Part shown: positions 39,608 to 50,975 of the stretch, piece after piece
How the letters are laid out: the number at the start of each line of letters is the position of its first letter
Numbering within the stretch: position 1 is the first letter of the stretch
Assembly (NCBI GenBank): GCA_913031205.1
Contig: CAJWEM010000004.1
Location: forward strand, 1,207 to 65,206
Origin: an uncultured Gammaproteobacteria bacterium
Lineage (GTDB): Bacteria > Pseudomonadota > Gammaproteobacteria > Poriferisulfidales > GCA-002705445
Direction of reading: 5' to 3'
DNA: 64,000 nt
Translations under genes and position numbers: made by a program
Notes under the pieces: generated by a model
What the model was told of the DNA's origin: nothing
What the model saw: only the letters and a program-made list of their open reading frames with translations
Database searches by the model: none

Positions 39608-40141
39608 TTAAGTTGATATATATACAAATGAGTTAAGTAAATTTTTACTACAAAGTTTTATAATATCACTATTGATCATTCGGATACATCCATGTGATGC
39701 TTTTTGTCCTATTAAATCTTCTTCATTTGTTCCATGAATATAAATATACCTTTTGTAGGTATCAAAATTTTCGCCTTTATTAAAGCCTTCTTCCAAACCG
39801 TCTAACCATAATATCCTTGTTGTAATAATATCTTCTTCTGATTTTTCACCCTTATTCAATACTTTAGCTATGTGATTTGTAGAAACCCTATTCTTGAAAA
39901 TTGTATATATATCAACATCTTTACCAATAAATTCACGGATGTAGTGAGCTCCTAAGGGTGTTTTATTGCTTCCCTCGTCGTTCCCCTCTCCATACATCGA
40001 TGAGGATATCTTATATTTTTCAATAATTTTAAAGTTTTCTAGCAAACATAAATTTTGGTTACCAATGTCGACAGTAATTATGTATTTTTGGTTTAATTGC
40101 TTATTAGAATATTTTGAAAATATTGATTTAATATCTATCAT
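39608..40141 (-). CDS. L,D-transpeptidase (YkuD) catalytic-domain protein with no obvious signal peptide
   Basis: YIYIHGTNEEDLIGQKASHGCIRMIN matches the YkuD His/Cys active-site signature. No signal peptide in the N-terminal 30 aa. Confidence 0.65.
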   Translation of the reverse strand: MIDIKSIFSKYSNKQLNQKYIITVDIGNQNLCLLENFKIIEKYKISSSMYGEGNDEGSNKTPLGAHYIREFIGKDVDIYTIFKNRVSTNHIAKVLNKGEKSEEDIITTRILWLDGLEEGFNKGENFDTYKRYIYIHGTNEEDLIGQKASHGCIRMINSDIIKLCSKNLLNSFVYIST

Positions 40142-40176
40142 ACTTATAAATTAATTAGGGATAAAGTTAAATTGAT

Positions 40177-41628
40177 TTAAGTAGAGTGTCTTTTTCTTTC
40201 TAAGTCTTTAAAATACTTATCATTTACATTTGTAAGATATTCTCCGGTAAAAACAGAAGTTTCAAATTTTTTTATTTTTTGATTCCCAGCTTGAACTGCA
40301 TAAACAAGATCATCAAGATCTTGGTATATTAATTTGTCAGCGCCAATTTCCTTGCATACCTCATCTATATTTTTGTCATGCGCTATTAAATCACTTTTAC
40401 TAGGCATATCTATACCATATATATTTTGATACCTTATAGGTGGCGAAGCAGAAGCAAAGTAAACTTTTTTTGCCCCAGAGTCTCTAGCCATTTGAACAAT
40501 TTCTTTAGAAGTTGTCCCTCTAACTATTGAGTCATCAACGAGAAGTACGTTTTTATCTTTGAATTCTGAAACTAAAGGATTTAATTTATATCTTACAGAT
40601 TTTTTTCTTATAGCTTGTCCTTGCATAATAAAAGTTCTACCAATATATCTATTTTTTATTAAACCTTCTCTATAATTTTTATTTAATCGGATAGCCATTT
40701 CTAATGCAGCGGTTCTACTTGTATCAGGAATGGGAATAATTACATCTATATCATTATCCGCCCACTCCCTTAAAATTTTATTTGCTAACTGTTTACCCAT
40801 TCTCATCCTCGCTTCCTGCACATTTATTCCATCTATTATAGAGTCAGGTCTTGAGAAATAAACGTATTCAAAAATACAAGGAGTTAATTCTAATTCCTTC
40901 GAGTAAACCGACTTATGTATTTTTCCTTTTGTGTCAATAAATATTGATTCTCCTGGCTCTAAGTCTCTTACAGTTTCATATCCTAAAAGGTCTAAAGCCA
41001 CACTCTCAGATGAAACTATATAGCTATAGCCCGAAGAATTTTTTTTCTTTCCCAAAATTAAAGGACGAATTCCATGAATATCTCTGAAAGCTACAAGTCC
41101 ATACCCAGCAATTATTGCAACAACTGCATATGCTCCAGAACATCGATCATGAACTCCATTAATTGCTTTGAATAAATCTGTTACTTTAAATGATGGAGAC
41201 TCGACTTTGAGCAATTGATGGGCAAAAATATTTAGAAGAACCTCTGTGTCAGATTGTGTATGAATGTGTCTTTTGTCATTCATTAAAAGCTCTTTTCTTA
41301 AAACTTCAGAATTATCTAGGTTTCCATTATGGGCCAGGGCTATACCATATGGCGAGTTTACGTAAAAAGGCTGGGCCTCATCAGTACCATGGCTGCCAGC
41401 TGTAGGATACCGAACATGACCTATACCCATATCACCCTGTAATTCAAGCATATCGTTTACATCAAATATATCATTGACTAAACCTTTGCCCTTTTTTTGA
41501 TGAAGATTATTATTAATACAAGTTGCTATGCCAGCAGAGTCTTGCCCTCTATGTTGAAGGACTGTAAGACCATCAAATAAACTCTGGTTAACAGAGCTAT
41601 CGTCAACTATACCAATGATTCCACACAT
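40177..41628 (-). CDS. purF: amidophosphoribosyltransferase
   Basis: Start at the ATG giving MCGIIGIV (N-terminal nucleophile Cys) and a PRTase-type domain. cvpA-purF order as in E. coli. Confidence 0.93.
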   Translation of the reverse strand: MCGIIGIVDDSSVNQSLFDGLTVLQHRGQDSAGIATCINNNLHQKKGKGLVNDIFDVNDMLELQGDMGIGHVRYPTAGSHGTDEAQPFYVNSPYGIALAHNGNLDNSEVLRKELLMNDKRHIHTQSDTEVLLNIFAHQLLKVESPSFKVTDLFKAINGVHDRCSGAYAVVAIIAGYGLVAFRDIHGIRPLILGKKKNSSGYSYIVSSESVALDLLGYETVRDLEPGESIFIDTKGKIHKSVYSKELELTPCIFEYVYFSRPDSIIDGINVQEARMRMGKQLANKILREWADNDIDVIIPIPDTSRTAALEMAIRLNKNYREGLIKNRYIGRTFIMQGQAIRKKSVRYKLNPLVSEFKDKNVLLVDDSIVRGTTSKEIVQMARDSGAKKVYFASASPPIRYQNIYGIDMPSKSDLIAHDKNIDEVCKEIGADKLIYQDLDDLVYAVQAGNQKIKKFETSVFTGEYLTNVNDKYFKDLERKRHST

Positions 41629-42094
41629 TTTGTAATTGTACACTAAATTTTAGTAAATAATCTAATAACAATGAATTATCATCATAATCTTTAACAAAAC
41701 TAATCATTTCATAATTTTCGAGAAAAGAAAAAAATATAGAAACTATAAAAATTCCTTTGAAAAAAGAAAATATCATACTAAAAAGCTTGTCGAAAAATTT
41801 ATTCTCAAAATTAAAAAAATAGTTAATTAACGTTTTTCTTAAAAAATAAAAAAATATCGATGAGAGAATAAATATTGAAATAATTCCAAAAATAGCTAAA
41901 ACAAAATCTGGAATTTCTGAGTCGTAAATATTTATTTTTTCAGAGAGATAATAGCCAAATTTATTAGCATAAATATAACTTAAGGAAATAAATACAATAG
42001 TATTTATGGTTGATGTAATCTCTTTCTTTGCTCCTCTGAAAAATCCCAAAAATACAAAGACCATGAGAATTATAAATATAATAAAATCTAACAA
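41603..42094 (-). CDS. cvpA: colicin V production membrane protein CvpA
   Basis: 163 aa, 4 TM helices, with MLDFIIFIILMVFVFLGFFRG typical of CvpA. It sits upstream of purF and overlaps it. Confidence 0.85.
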   Translation of the reverse strand: MLDFIIFIILMVFVFLGFFRGAKKEITSTINTIVFISLSYIYANKFGYYLSEKINIYDSEIPDFVLAIFGIISIFILSSIFFYFLRKTLINYFFNFENKFFDKLFSMIFSFFKGIFIVSIFFSFLENYEMISFVKDYDDNSLLLDYLLKFSVQLQNVWNHWYS

Positions 42095-42108
42095 AATAAT
42101 TCCTGTAA

Positions 42109-42630
42109 TTAATTATTTTTTAATTGCTTCTCGATGATATATGAATCTGAAAATTTTGTTTTTTGAATAATATCTAAAAAATTCTTCTTTGCTTCAGAAG
42201 CTGTAAAAAAAGGTCCAACATTTACTGCATACATAGTTTTATTTTCTTTTTTAAATTTTAAAATAAAAGTTTTATAGCTTGAATCCTCAAGAGATGTAGC
42301 TTGTTTTAAAGCATTTTCTTTTTTTGCAAAAGATCCAATTCGTATAACCCAGTTTGTTTTACCGTTATTGTTATAATTCGATATTTCTTTTTCGTCTTTT
42401 ATGACAATTTTTTGCTCTAATACTTTAAGTTTTTTTGATGAAGCAGAAACTTCCTCTTCAATATTTTTTGTCTTACTAATATGTTTAAATTCTATGGATT
42501 TTTGATTATCAATTTTTGAAAACTTAAGTTCTTTTTGCCCTGCGCCTTTAAATAATAGTGGCGCAATAATCATTGATGCCGCTAGGAAAATCAAGACGCC
42601 TACAAATCTTTTTTTCAAGTTTTCATTCAT
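42109..42630 (-). CDS. dedD: SPOR-domain cell division protein DedD
   Basis: N-terminal TM anchor and C-terminal SPOR domain (WVIRIGSFAKKENALK...YAVNVGPFFTASEAKK). Between folC and cvpA as in E. coli. Confidence 0.75.
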   Translation of the reverse strand: MNENLKKRFVGVLIFLAASMIIAPLLFKGAGQKELKFSKIDNQKSIEFKHISKTKNIEEEVSASSKKLKVLEQKIVIKDEKEISNYNNNGKTNWVIRIGSFAKKENALKQATSLEDSSYKTFILKFKKENKTMYAVNVGPFFTASEAKKNFLDIIQKTKFSDSYIIEKQLKNN

Positions 42631-43892
42631 TCTTCGCTATATTTACTTAATATTGGAGCAATTGTATAACTTGAGCCAAAAACTACGATTATTTCATCGT
42701 CAAGTCTATTATTGTTGATTGCACCATTAAATGCATTCATTATGTTATCATAGATTTTTGGTTTTTCTATATTGAAAAACTTATTCTCGCTTAATTCTTT
42801 TACCTTTAATGCTCTATCATTTGTGCTTTCCGAAATATGCCATGACTCAAAAACACCTTTTAATTGCATAAGAATTTCATCAACATCTTTATCTTTTAAC
42901 ACACTAAATACAGCATGGAATTTTTTTCCAGGGAAATATTTTTTTAAATTTTTCTTTAAAATGTCTATACTTTGAATATTATGAGCAACATCTAAAATTA
43001 TTTTTGGTTGTGAATCAATGATTTGAAATCTACCTTTAATTACAGCATTCTTTAACCCAAGTAAAATTTTATCTATTTTTATTTCCAATCCGTCACATAA
43101 GTATAATGCCTGTATTGCTGAAGCAGCATTCTTAATTTGTATATCTCCTTTAAGAGCTGGGAATGCGCAGTCAAATACAATATTTTCTAAATTTGAAAAT
43201 TCCCAATTATTATCTGATTTTTTTTTAGCAAAAAAATCTTTATCTATTCTATTTAAATTCGATTTTATCTCTTCCGATTGAGAAATTATTGATTTATGAA
43301 CTTTGCTGTATCCTATAATGGTTGGCTTACCTTCTCTCATTATTCCAGCTTTTTCATATGCTATCTTCTCTAAATCATTTCCAAGGATATCTGTATGATC
43401 CAATCCAATATTTGTGATAATTGAAACATCAGGATCAATGATATTTACAGCATCGAATCTTCCGCCAAGCCCTACCTCTAAAATGATTACATCTAATTTG
43501 ATCTTACTAAATATTATTAAAGCGGCTAAAGTACTAAATTCAAAATAAGTAAGGGTAACTTCTCCTCTGATTTTTTCTATAACTTCAAAAGCATCACAAA
43601 TCTCTTTTGTTCTAGCTGGACTTTTATTAATTTTTATTCGCTCATTGAAGTGCAATAAGTGTGGTGACGTATACGAACCCACATTATAACCAGTCTCAAA
43701 TAAAATTGATTCTAAAATAGCTACAGTTGAACCTTTGCCATTCGTTCCGCCAACAGTTATTACTTTTGAATTTGTTTTGTCTATGTTTAGTTTTTTTGCT
43801 ACGTTTACTACTCTGCTCAAATTGAAATCCATATTACTTGGATGTAATTTGCATTGCCATTCGATCCACTCATCTAAAGTAAAATTTTTCAA
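42627..43892 (-). CDS. folC: bifunctional folylpolyglutamate synthase / dihydrofolate synthase
   Basis: Mur ligase family P-loop (VGGTNGKGST) and C-terminal domain. Confidence 0.9.
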   Translation of the reverse strand: MKNFTLDEWIEWQCKLHPSNMDFNLSRVVNVAKKLNIDKTNSKVITVGGTNGKGSTVAILESILFETGYNVGSYTSPHLLHFNERIKINKSPARTKEICDAFEVIEKIRGEVTLTYFEFSTLAALIIFSKIKLDVIILEVGLGGRFDAVNIIDPDVSIITNIGLDHTDILGNDLEKIAYEKAGIMREGKPTIIGYSKVHKSIISQSEEIKSNLNRIDKDFFAKKKSDNNWEFSNLENIVFDCAFPALKGDIQIKNAASAIQALYLCDGLEIKIDKILLGLKNAVIKGRFQIIDSQPKIILDVAHNIQSIDILKKNLKKYFPGKKFHAVFSVLKDKDVDEILMQLKGVFESWHISESTNDRALKVKELSENKFFNIEKPKIYDNIMNAFNGAINNNRLDDEIIVVFGSSYTIAPILSKYSEE

Positions 43893-43912
43893 AATTTATT
43901 CTTGATCATTAT

Positions 43913-44791
43913 TTACGAAGACACACTTTTCGAAATACGATTATTAATTAATGTCTTAATTATATTAGTAATTTCTAATTTGAGATTACGTCTATCAACA
44001 ATCATATCGATTGCGCCATGCTCTAATAAAAACTCACTTCTCTGAAAACCTTCCGGTAATGTTTCTCTCACTGTCTGCTCTATAACTCTAGGGCCAGCAA
44101 AACCAACTAAAGCTTTTGGTTCAGCAATATTTATATCTCCCAACATAGCAAGGCTAGCTGACACCCCTCCCATTGTAGGGTCTGTGAGCACAGATATGAA
44201 AGGAATAGCCTCTTTTCTCATATCTGCAATTGCACTTGAAGTTTTAGACATTTGAAATAATGAAACCAAAGACTCTTGCATTCTTGCACCACCACTTGCC
44301 GAAAAACAAATTAAAGGAATTTTTTTACTTATACATTCCCTTGCTGCTCTGGAAAATTTTTCACCAACAACGGAGCCCATTGACCCGCCCATAAATGAAA
44401 ATTCAAAAGCCGCAACAATTACTTCAATTCCATTGATTTTTCCTTCAATAATTACAAGAGCATCCTTTTCGTTTGTGGATTTTTGAGCGGCCGTTATTCT
44501 ATCTTTATATTTTTTACTATCTTTAAATTTTAAAAAATCTTTAGACGATAGTTTTGAAAATAATTCTTTTTTATTGTCCGCATCAAGAAACAACTCGATT
44601 CTGTCTCTTGCGGAAATTCTCATATGGTATCCGCAGCTTGAACAGACATACTGGTTTTGCATAATATCCTCTCTATACAAAACAGTATTACAACTCTGGC
44701 ATTTCTCCCAAACACCCTCTGGTATGACTTTCTTATTTTTATTCGTATCAATACGAATTCTTTTTGGCATCAACTTTTCAAACCAACTCAT
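43913..44791 (-). CDS. accD: acetyl-CoA carboxylase carboxyltransferase subunit beta
   Basis: Start at the ATG giving [13 protein letters not shown]-terminal C4 zinc finger (CQSC...CSSCGYH) and crotonase-like CT domain. Confidence 0.92.
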   Translation of the reverse strand: MSWFEKLMPKRIRIDTNKNKKVIPEGVWEKCQSCNTVLYREDIMQNQYVCSSCGYHMRISARDRIELFLDADNKKELFSKLSSKDFLKFKDSKKYKDRITAAQKSTNEKDALVIIEGKINGIEVIVAAFEFSFMGGSMGSVVGEKFSRAARECISKKIPLICFSASGGARMQESLVSLFQMSKTSSAIADMRKEAIPFISVLTDPTMGGVSASLAMLGDINIAEPKALVGFAGPRVIEQTVRETLPEGFQRSEFLLEHGAIDMIVDRRNLKLEITNIIKTLINNRISKSVSS

Positions 44792-44792
44792 A

Positions 44793-45614
44793 CTATCCCT
44801 CCGTATGAACACTCTCGTCAAGACCTAATCTGATAGGCTTCATAAGATCCATTATACCACCATTTATTTTTGTTTTATCGTTCTGATCTTTTTCAATTAT
44901 CTTAACTATTGCGCTGCCAATTACAATCGCGTCTGCATCTTCAGAAAGAGACTTGGCAGTTTCTGCGTCCTTTATGCCAAAACCCACGGCAAGAGGTAAG
45001 TTTACAGCTTTCTTTATGTTTTTAAGTTGCTCTCTTGTTTCATTAATATTTAATGTGGAAGCCCCAGTAACTCCCTTTAAAGAAACGTAATAAAGAAAAC
45101 CTGATGCGTACTTTGAAATTTTTTGAATTCTAGACAAATCAGTATTTGGGGCAATTAGAAAAATGCTCTCTAAGTTATCTTTTTTAAAAACATTTACAAT
45201 ATCTGAAGCTTCTTCGTGAGGAAGATCAACTACTAAAATTGCATCTACGCCAGATTCGCTTGCCAATCTGGAAAATTTCTCATATCCAATTCTTTCTATT
45301 GGATTTAAGTAACCCATTAGAACGATCGGAGTTGTTTTATCTTTCTTTCTAAAATTTTCAACAGCCTGAAATATGTCGAAACATGAAACATTTTGCTTTA
45401 AAGCTCTCTCGCAGGCTCGTTGAATTGTAGGTCCATCAGCCATAGGATCTGAAAAAGGCACGCCAAGTTCTATAATATCGGTTCCAGAGTCTACCAATGA
45501 ATCCATTATTTCAGGAGTTGCTGCAATAGTTGGATCACCAGCAGTGATGTATGAAATTAAGCAAGTTTTTTTACTCTTTTCGAGATCGAGAAATTTTTTA
45601 GAGATTCTGCTCAA
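44793..45614 (-). CDS. trpA: tryptophan synthase alpha chain
   Basis: 273 aa TIM barrel with TrpA motifs ([19 protein letters not shown]). Confidence 0.9.
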   Translation of the reverse strand: MSRISKKFLDLEKSKKTCLISYITAGDPTIAATPEIMDSLVDSGTDIIELGVPFSDPMADGPTIQRACERALKQNVSCFDIFQAVENFRKKDKTTPIVLMGYLNPIERIGYEKFSRLASESGVDAILVVDLPHEEASDIVNVFKKDNLESIFLIAPNTDLSRIQKISKYASGFLYYVSLKGVTGASTLNINETREQLKNIKKAVNLPLAVGFGIKDAETAKSLSEDADAIVIGSAIVKIIEKDQNDKTKINGGIMDLMKPIRLGLDESVHTEG

Positions 45615-46843
45615 ATCTTTATTCCCTCTAGTTTTGCAACAGTATTTAAATCTTTATCGCCTCTTCCGGATAAATTGATAACAATATTTTGATTTTTTTT
45701 CATTTCTTTTGCCAATTTAAAAGTATATGCGACAGCATGGCTAGTTTCTAATGCTGGGATTATTCCTTCCACTCTAGATAGCTCGTGAAAGGCTTGAATC
45801 GCTTCTTCATCAGTAGCTGACTTATACTCGACTAATCCTAAATCCTTTAATAATGCGTGTTCAGGACCTACCCCAGGGTAATCAAGGCCTGCAGATATAC
45901 TATGAGTTTCAATTATTTGACCATTCTCGTCTTCTAATAAATAGGTCCTATTTCCATGAAGAACTCCAACCTTTCCTTTGTTTAAAGGTGCCGAATGCTT
46001 TCCTGTTTCTAAACCATTTCCAGCAGCTTCTATACCATACATTTTAGAGCTGGTATTAATAAAAGGATAAAATAAACCAATTGCATTTGAGCCGCCTCCA
46101 ACACATGCAACAAGGGCATCGACTTTTTTGTCAATATCTTGCATTTGAGTTATCACTTCTCTCCCAATAATTGCCTGAAAATCTCGAACAAGTTCTGGAT
46201 AAGGAGATGGGCCTGCTACAGTTCCAATTATATAAAATGTATTATCTACGTTTGTTACCCAATCACGTAATGCTTCATTCAATGCGTCTTTTAAAGTTCT
46301 TGATCCTGAGGTTACAGGAATAACTTCAGCACCAAGTAATTTCATTCTATAAACATTCTGGGACTGTCTATAAATATCTTGCTCACCCATGTAAACAACG
46401 CATTCCATTCCCAATCTTGCAGCAACAGTAGCCGAAGCTACTCCATGTTGGCCGGCTCCAGTTTCAGCAATAATTCTTGTTTTACCCATTTTTTTTGCAA
46501 GTATTGCTTGGCCAATTGTATTGTTTATTTTATGCGCGCCTGTGTGACACAAATCTTCTCTTTTTAAAAAGATATTTGCCCCATTTAACTTATCGGTCAA
46601 TCTCTTTGCGAAGTAAAGAGGGGTTGGCCTACCGACATAATTTTCGAATTCCGTATAAAGCTCTTTTAAAAAATCAGGGTCATTTTTAAGTTTATAATAA
46701 GTATCTTTTAAATCCTGTAATGGTTTTATTAAGGTCTCGGCAACAAAAGTTCCTCCAAATATGCCGTAATGACCATTTTCATCAGGGTATCCGTACTTTA
46801 TTTGATTAAAATCATTTAAGTTTTGTTTTGAGGTTGTTTTCAT
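45611..46843 (-). CDS. trpB: tryptophan synthase beta chain
   Basis: PLP Lys motif (HTGAHKINN) and GGGSNA. The start overlaps the trpF stop. Confidence 0.95.
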   Translation of the reverse strand: MKTTSKQNLNDFNQIKYGYPDENGHYGIFGGTFVAETLIKPLQDLKDTYYKLKNDPDFLKELYTEFENYVGRPTPLYFAKRLTDKLNGANIFLKREDLCHTGAHKINNTIGQAILAKKMGKTRIIAETGAGQHGVASATVAARLGMECVVYMGEQDIYRQSQNVYRMKLLGAEVIPVTSGSRTLKDALNEALRDWVTNVDNTFYIIGTVAGPSPYPELVRDFQAIIGREVITQMQDIDKKVDALVACVGGGSNAIGLFYPFINTSSKMYGIEAAGNGLETGKHSAPLNKGKVGVLHGNRTYLLEDENGQIIETHSISAGLDYPGVGPEHALLKDLGLVEYKSATDEEAIQAFHELSRVEGIIPALETSHAVAYTFKLAKEMKKNQNIVINLSGRGDKDLNTVAKLEGIKI

Positions 46844-47454
46844 TTTTTCACTTTTTTCAAAAATTCTTTAATGAGAGTTGTATCTTTTTCACCATTAGAA
46901 GATTCTACACCGCTACTTACATCAACACCATAGGGTAAAAACGTGTTAATTGCATCCTCTACATTATCACAATTTAAACCTCCAGCTATAATTACTGGTT
47001 TTTTTGTATCAAAAACTGCAGATTTCCAATCAAAGGTTTTGCCGGTTCCACCTAAGCCATCTTCGCCATGACTATCAAAAATAAATGCACTTGCGTTTGG
47101 GAACTTCTCATCCAGATTTTTAAAGCCATTATAAGAATCTGAGACTCCCTTGAAATATGGTAATCCATACATCATGCATTCATCATCTGTTTCGTTTCCA
47201 TGGAACTGAACATATTTAAAATTTGTTTTATTTAAAACTTCCTTTACATAATTCTTATCGTCATTCGCAAAAAGTGCGACGGTATTTGTTGAAGATTTTA
47301 ATGAATTAAGTATTTCTAAAGATTCTTTAATACTTACACATCTTTTACTTTTTTTACAAAAAACAATTCCAATATAATCAGCTCCATTTTTTTCGGCTTC
47401 AATTGCGGTTGATGGTTCTCTGATTCCACATATTTTTACTTTTATCTCATTCAT
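46840..47454 (-). CDS. trpF: N-(5'-phosphoribosyl)anthranilate isomerase
   Basis: 204 aa TIM barrel (KICGI...ADYIGIVF). Upstream of trpBA. Confidence 0.85.
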   Translation of the reverse strand: MNEIKVKICGIREPSTAIEAEKNGADYIGIVFCKKSKRCVSIKESLEILNSLKSSTNTVALFANDDKNYVKEVLNKTNFKYVQFHGNETDDECMMYGLPYFKGVSDSYNGFKNLDEKFPNASAFIFDSHGEDGLGGTGKTFDWKSAVFDTKKPVIIAGGLNCDNVEDAINTFLPYGVDVSSGVESSNGEKDTTLIKEFLKKVKK

Positions 47455-48240
47455 TTATTCATAAATAATTTGAAGTTTTGGCTTATAATTAAGATTATAT
47501 TTTTCGTCATATTCAATATCAATTAAAAAAAGTCCTTCAGGGGGAAATTGCTTACCAGCTTTTGTTCTATCTTTAGAAGCTAATAATTCTTTTATCCATA
47601 ATACCTCTTTTTCACCAGAACCAATCATAACAAGCGTTCCAACAATATTTCTTACCATATTGTATAAAAATGAATTTGCATTAACATCAATCAATATAAA
47701 ATTATTTTCTCTTGTAATTATTATATCATTTATATTTTTAATAGGTGATTTCGATTGGCAATGTGCTGAACGAAAACAAGAAAAATCTTTTTCTCCTATT
47801 AGATTTTTTGCGGCCACTTGCATCTTTTTTTCGTCAAGGTGGTGTAAATAATACCAACCCACTTTATTTCTATTTAAACATGGTTTTATTTTATGATTGT
47901 AAATTACATATCTATAAGTTCTGCTTAATGCTGAAAACCTTGCGTGGAATTTCGAGTCCATAAATTTTATAAAATTAATTCTGATATCACTTGGTAATAA
48001 GGAATTTAAACCAAGCAACCAACTATTTTCATCTCTTTTAGTATTTGTTTCAAAATGAGCATATTGAGATAAGGCATGAACACCCGAGTCTGTTCTGCCA
48101 GCAACGTATAGTTTTACTTTCTCTCGAGAGAAATCGTAAATAGCTTTCTGTAATTTACCCTGAACTGTATCTGGAGTTTTTTGTTCTTGCCAACCGTGGT
48201 AATTTTTTCCATCATACTGAATGGATAATAAGACTTTCAT
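47455..48240 (-). CDS. truA: tRNA pseudouridine(38-40) synthase
   Basis: YDGKNYHGWQ and catalytic Asp in AGRTDSGVHA. Confidence 0.92.
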   Translation of the reverse strand: MKVLLSIQYDGKNYHGWQEQKTPDTVQGKLQKAIYDFSREKVKLYVAGRTDSGVHALSQYAHFETNTKRDENSWLLGLNSLLPSDIRINFIKFMDSKFHARFSALSRTYRYVIYNHKIKPCLNRNKVGWYYLHHLDEKKMQVAAKNLIGEKDFSCFRSAHCQSKSPIKNINDIIITRENNFILIDVNANSFLYNMVRNIVGTLVMIGSGEKEVLWIKELLASKDRTKAGKQFPPEGLFLIDIEYDEKYNLNYKPKLQIIYE

Positions 48241-48247
48241 TAATTTT

Positions 48248-49270
48248 TTAAATATATTTTTTAATTAATAATTCTGCTATTTGAATACTATTATAAGCAG
48301 CACCTTTTCGAATATTGTTACTTACAACCCACATATTTAAGCCATTTTTACAAGAAATATCCTCTCTTACTCTGCCTACAAAAACGTCGTTACTATTTTC
48401 ACATTCATTTGCGGCACAAGGGTAACCACCGTCTTTATGTTCATCTACAAGTATTACTCCGCTATTTTTCGCAGATAATATTTTTTTTGCGTCGTCAGCA
48501 GATATCTTTTGTTCTAGTTCTAAGTGAACTGCCTCAGAGTGTCCATAGAAAACAGGAACACGGACTGTTGTTGGATTAACTTCAATTTTTTCATCCATAA
48601 TTTTTTTTGTTTCCCAAACCATTTTCATTTCTTCCTTTGTGTATCCATTTTCCATAAAATTATCTATCTGAGGTATTACATTGAAAGCTATTTGTTTTGG
48701 ATAAACTTTGGATACAATATCTTTGTTGTTAACATAAGCATTTACTTGATCGTTTAATTCTTGTATTGCGTTGTTGCCTGTTCCCGATACTGCTTGATAA
48801 GTGCAAACATTAATTCTTTTAATATTGCATGCATCATGGATAGGTTTTATCGCGACTAACATTTGAATAGTTGAACAATTTGGGTTTGCAATGATACCTG
48901 ATAACTTATAACTTCCGATTTGATCTGAGTTAATTTCTGGAACAATAAGCGGTATATCTTTTTCATATCTAAAAAAAGAAGTATTATCTATAACAATTGA
49001 ATTGTTTTTTGTTGCTTCTTTTGCATATTTTTTTGATACATCGCTACCAGCAGAAAACAGTGCAATATCAACCCCATTGAAATTAAAACTATCAAGGGCA
49101 TGGACTGTGAATTCTTGATCTAAGATATTAATTTTTTTTCCTTCCGATTTATTACTTGCAAGTAAATACAAATTATTAATTGGAAAATTCTTTTCTAGAA
49201 GTACTTGGATCATCATTTGGCCTACAGCGCCTGTTGCACCAACTACAGCAATATTGTATTTCTTACTCAT
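48248..49270 (-). CDS. asd: aspartate-semialdehyde dehydrogenase
   Basis: N-terminal NAD(P) site VGATGAVGQ and active-site Cys in NPNCSTI. Confidence 0.9.
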   Translation of the reverse strand: MSKKYNIAVVGATGAVGQMMIQVLLEKNFPINNLYLLASNKSEGKKINILDQEFTVHALDSFNFNGVDIALFSAGSDVSKKYAKEATKNNSIVIDNTSFFRYEKDIPLIVPEINSDQIGSYKLSGIIANPNCSTIQMLVAIKPIHDACNIKRINVCTYQAVSGTGNNAIQELNDQVNAYVNNKDIVSKVYPKQIAFNVIPQIDNFMENGYTKEEMKMVWETKKIMDEKIEVNPTTVRVPVFYGHSEAVHLELEQKISADDAKKILSAKNSGVILVDEHKDGGYPCAANECENSNDVFVGRVREDISCKNGLNMWVVSNNIRKGAAYNSIQIAELLIKKYI

Positions 49271-50334
49271 TATTTTAATTCCTCAATCTTCTGGATTATA
49301 CAATCACCCATTTCACTTGTGGAAATAAATTTAACTTCGGATAAATCTTTTGTATATTTACCCTCTTTTAATACAAGCTTTACAGATTCTAAAATGTGAT
49401 GGTATATGTCTGCTCTCTTAAATGTATGCTGAAACAACATTGCTACCGACAAAATTGTTGCGATTGGGTTTACTATGTTTTTACCAGCTATGTCAGGTGC
49501 AGACCCATGAATCGGCTCGTAAACTCCAAACCCATCATTATTCAATGAAGCTGAAGGCAAAAGTCCTATTGAACCAGTAAGGACTGACGCTAAATCGGAT
49601 AAAATATCTCCAAATAAATTTTCTGTGACTATTACATCAAATTGTTTTGGATTTTGAACTAATTGCATCGCGGCATTATCAACGTACATGTGAGATAGCG
49701 TAACATCTTTAAAGTTGACAGCACTCTCCTCGACAGTTGTTCTCCATAGTTGAGAAACTTCTAAAACATTAGCTTTATCAACAGAACAAAGTTTTTTTGA
49801 TCTTTCTCTAGATAGATTTAATGCGTAATCTGCAATACGGCTTATTTCTTTTTGATTGTATCGCATTGTATTATGAGCTTCAGTAAAATCAGAATTAAAG
49901 CCTCTTGGTTCACCAAAATATATACCACTAACAAGTTCTCGAATAATTACTATATCTAAGTCTTCAATTAATTCTTTTTTTACACTAGAGTAATCTATTG
50001 ATTCTCGAAAAGATATAATCGGTCTCACATTTAAAAAAAGGTTTAAACTTTTTCTCAATTCTAAGAGGCCAGTTTCTGGTTTTTTTTCTTTCGAAGCATT
50101 GTCATATTGAGGTCCCCCAACAGCTCCAAGTAAAACCGCGTCTGAATTTTTAATTTTTTGCTTTGTTTCGTCTGGGAAAGGGGTGTCGTATTTGTCAACT
50201 GCTTCACCTCCAAAAAATCCGAAGTCAACGCGTATGTCTAATTTATATAATTTAGAAATAATATTTAAAACTTTTTCTGCTTCAGAGGTAACTTCTTTGC
50301 CGACTCCATCCCCTGGTAATATCAATATTTTCAT
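49270..50334 (-). CDS. leuB: 3-isopropylmalate dehydrogenase
   Basis: Isocitrate/isopropylmalate DH family (NLFGDILSD). Confidence 0.93.
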   Translation of the reverse strand: MKILILPGDGVGKEVTSEAEKVLNIISKLYKLDIRVDFGFFGGEAVDKYDTPFPDETKQKIKNSDAVLLGAVGGPQYDNASKEKKPETGLLELRKSLNLFLNVRPIISFRESIDYSSVKKELIEDLDIVIIRELVSGIYFGEPRGFNSDFTEAHNTMRYNQKEISRIADYALNLSRERSKKLCSVDKANVLEVSQLWRTTVEESAVNFKDVTLSHMYVDNAAMQLVQNPKQFDVIVTENLFGDILSDLASVLTGSIGLLPSASLNNDGFGVYEPIHGSAPDIAGKNIVNPIATILSVAMLFQHTFKRADIYHHILESVKLVLKEGKYTKDLSEVKFISTSEMGDCIIQKIEELK

Positions 50335-50337
50335 AAT

Positions 50338-50973
50338 TTAACCATTAAACATCCAAGGTGTTTTTAAAGCCTTTTTGTTTTCGTAATCTTTAATTTTTTT
50401 ACTTAACTTTAAAGTTTCAGAAATATCGTCAATACCTTCTATTAAAACCTCTTTTCTTCTTGCATCAATTTCGAACTTAATTTTCAAATTATTACATAAT
50501 AAAGTTTGGTCAACTAAATTAATTTTAATTAAATATTTATTTGTGTTTACAATATTAATTAATTCCTGAATTTCTTTTTTTTTTAAAACTATTGGTAATA
50601 ATCCATTTTTGAAACAGTTATTATAAAATATATCAGCAAAACTTGTTGAAATTACAACATCAAAACCATAATCCATTAAAGCCCATACCGCATGTTCTCT
50701 TGAAGAACCGCATCCAAAGTTGTCCCCAGCTATTAGAATCCTTGCGCCGTTATATTTCGGATTATATAAAAAAAAATCAGGATTCTTTTTTCTTAAGCTA
50801 TGGTCGTCTCCAAGATTTCCAGGCTCTAAATACCTCCAATCGTCAAATAAGTTGTCCCCAAAACCCTCTCTGGTTACAGCTTTAAGATATTGTTTTGGTA
50901 TTATCGCATCTGTATCAATATTCTTCCTATCAATTAAAGCGGCAATAGATTCTACAGTTTTAAATTTTTTCAT
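50338..50973 (-). CDS. leuD: 3-isopropylmalate dehydratase small subunit
   Basis: 211 aa aconitase swivel domain (GDNFGCGSSREHA). Confidence 0.93.
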   Translation of the reverse strand: MKKFKTVESIAALIDRKNIDTDAIIPKQYLKAVTREGFGDNLFDDWRYLEPGNLGDDHSLRKKNPDFFLYNPKYNGARILIAGDNFGCGSSREHAVWALMDYGFDVVISTSFADIFYNNCFKNGLLPIVLKKKEIQELINIVNTNKYLIKINLVDQTLLCNNLKIKFEIDARRKEVLIEGIDDISETLKLSKKIKDYENKKALKTPWMFNG

Positions 50974-50975
50974 AA

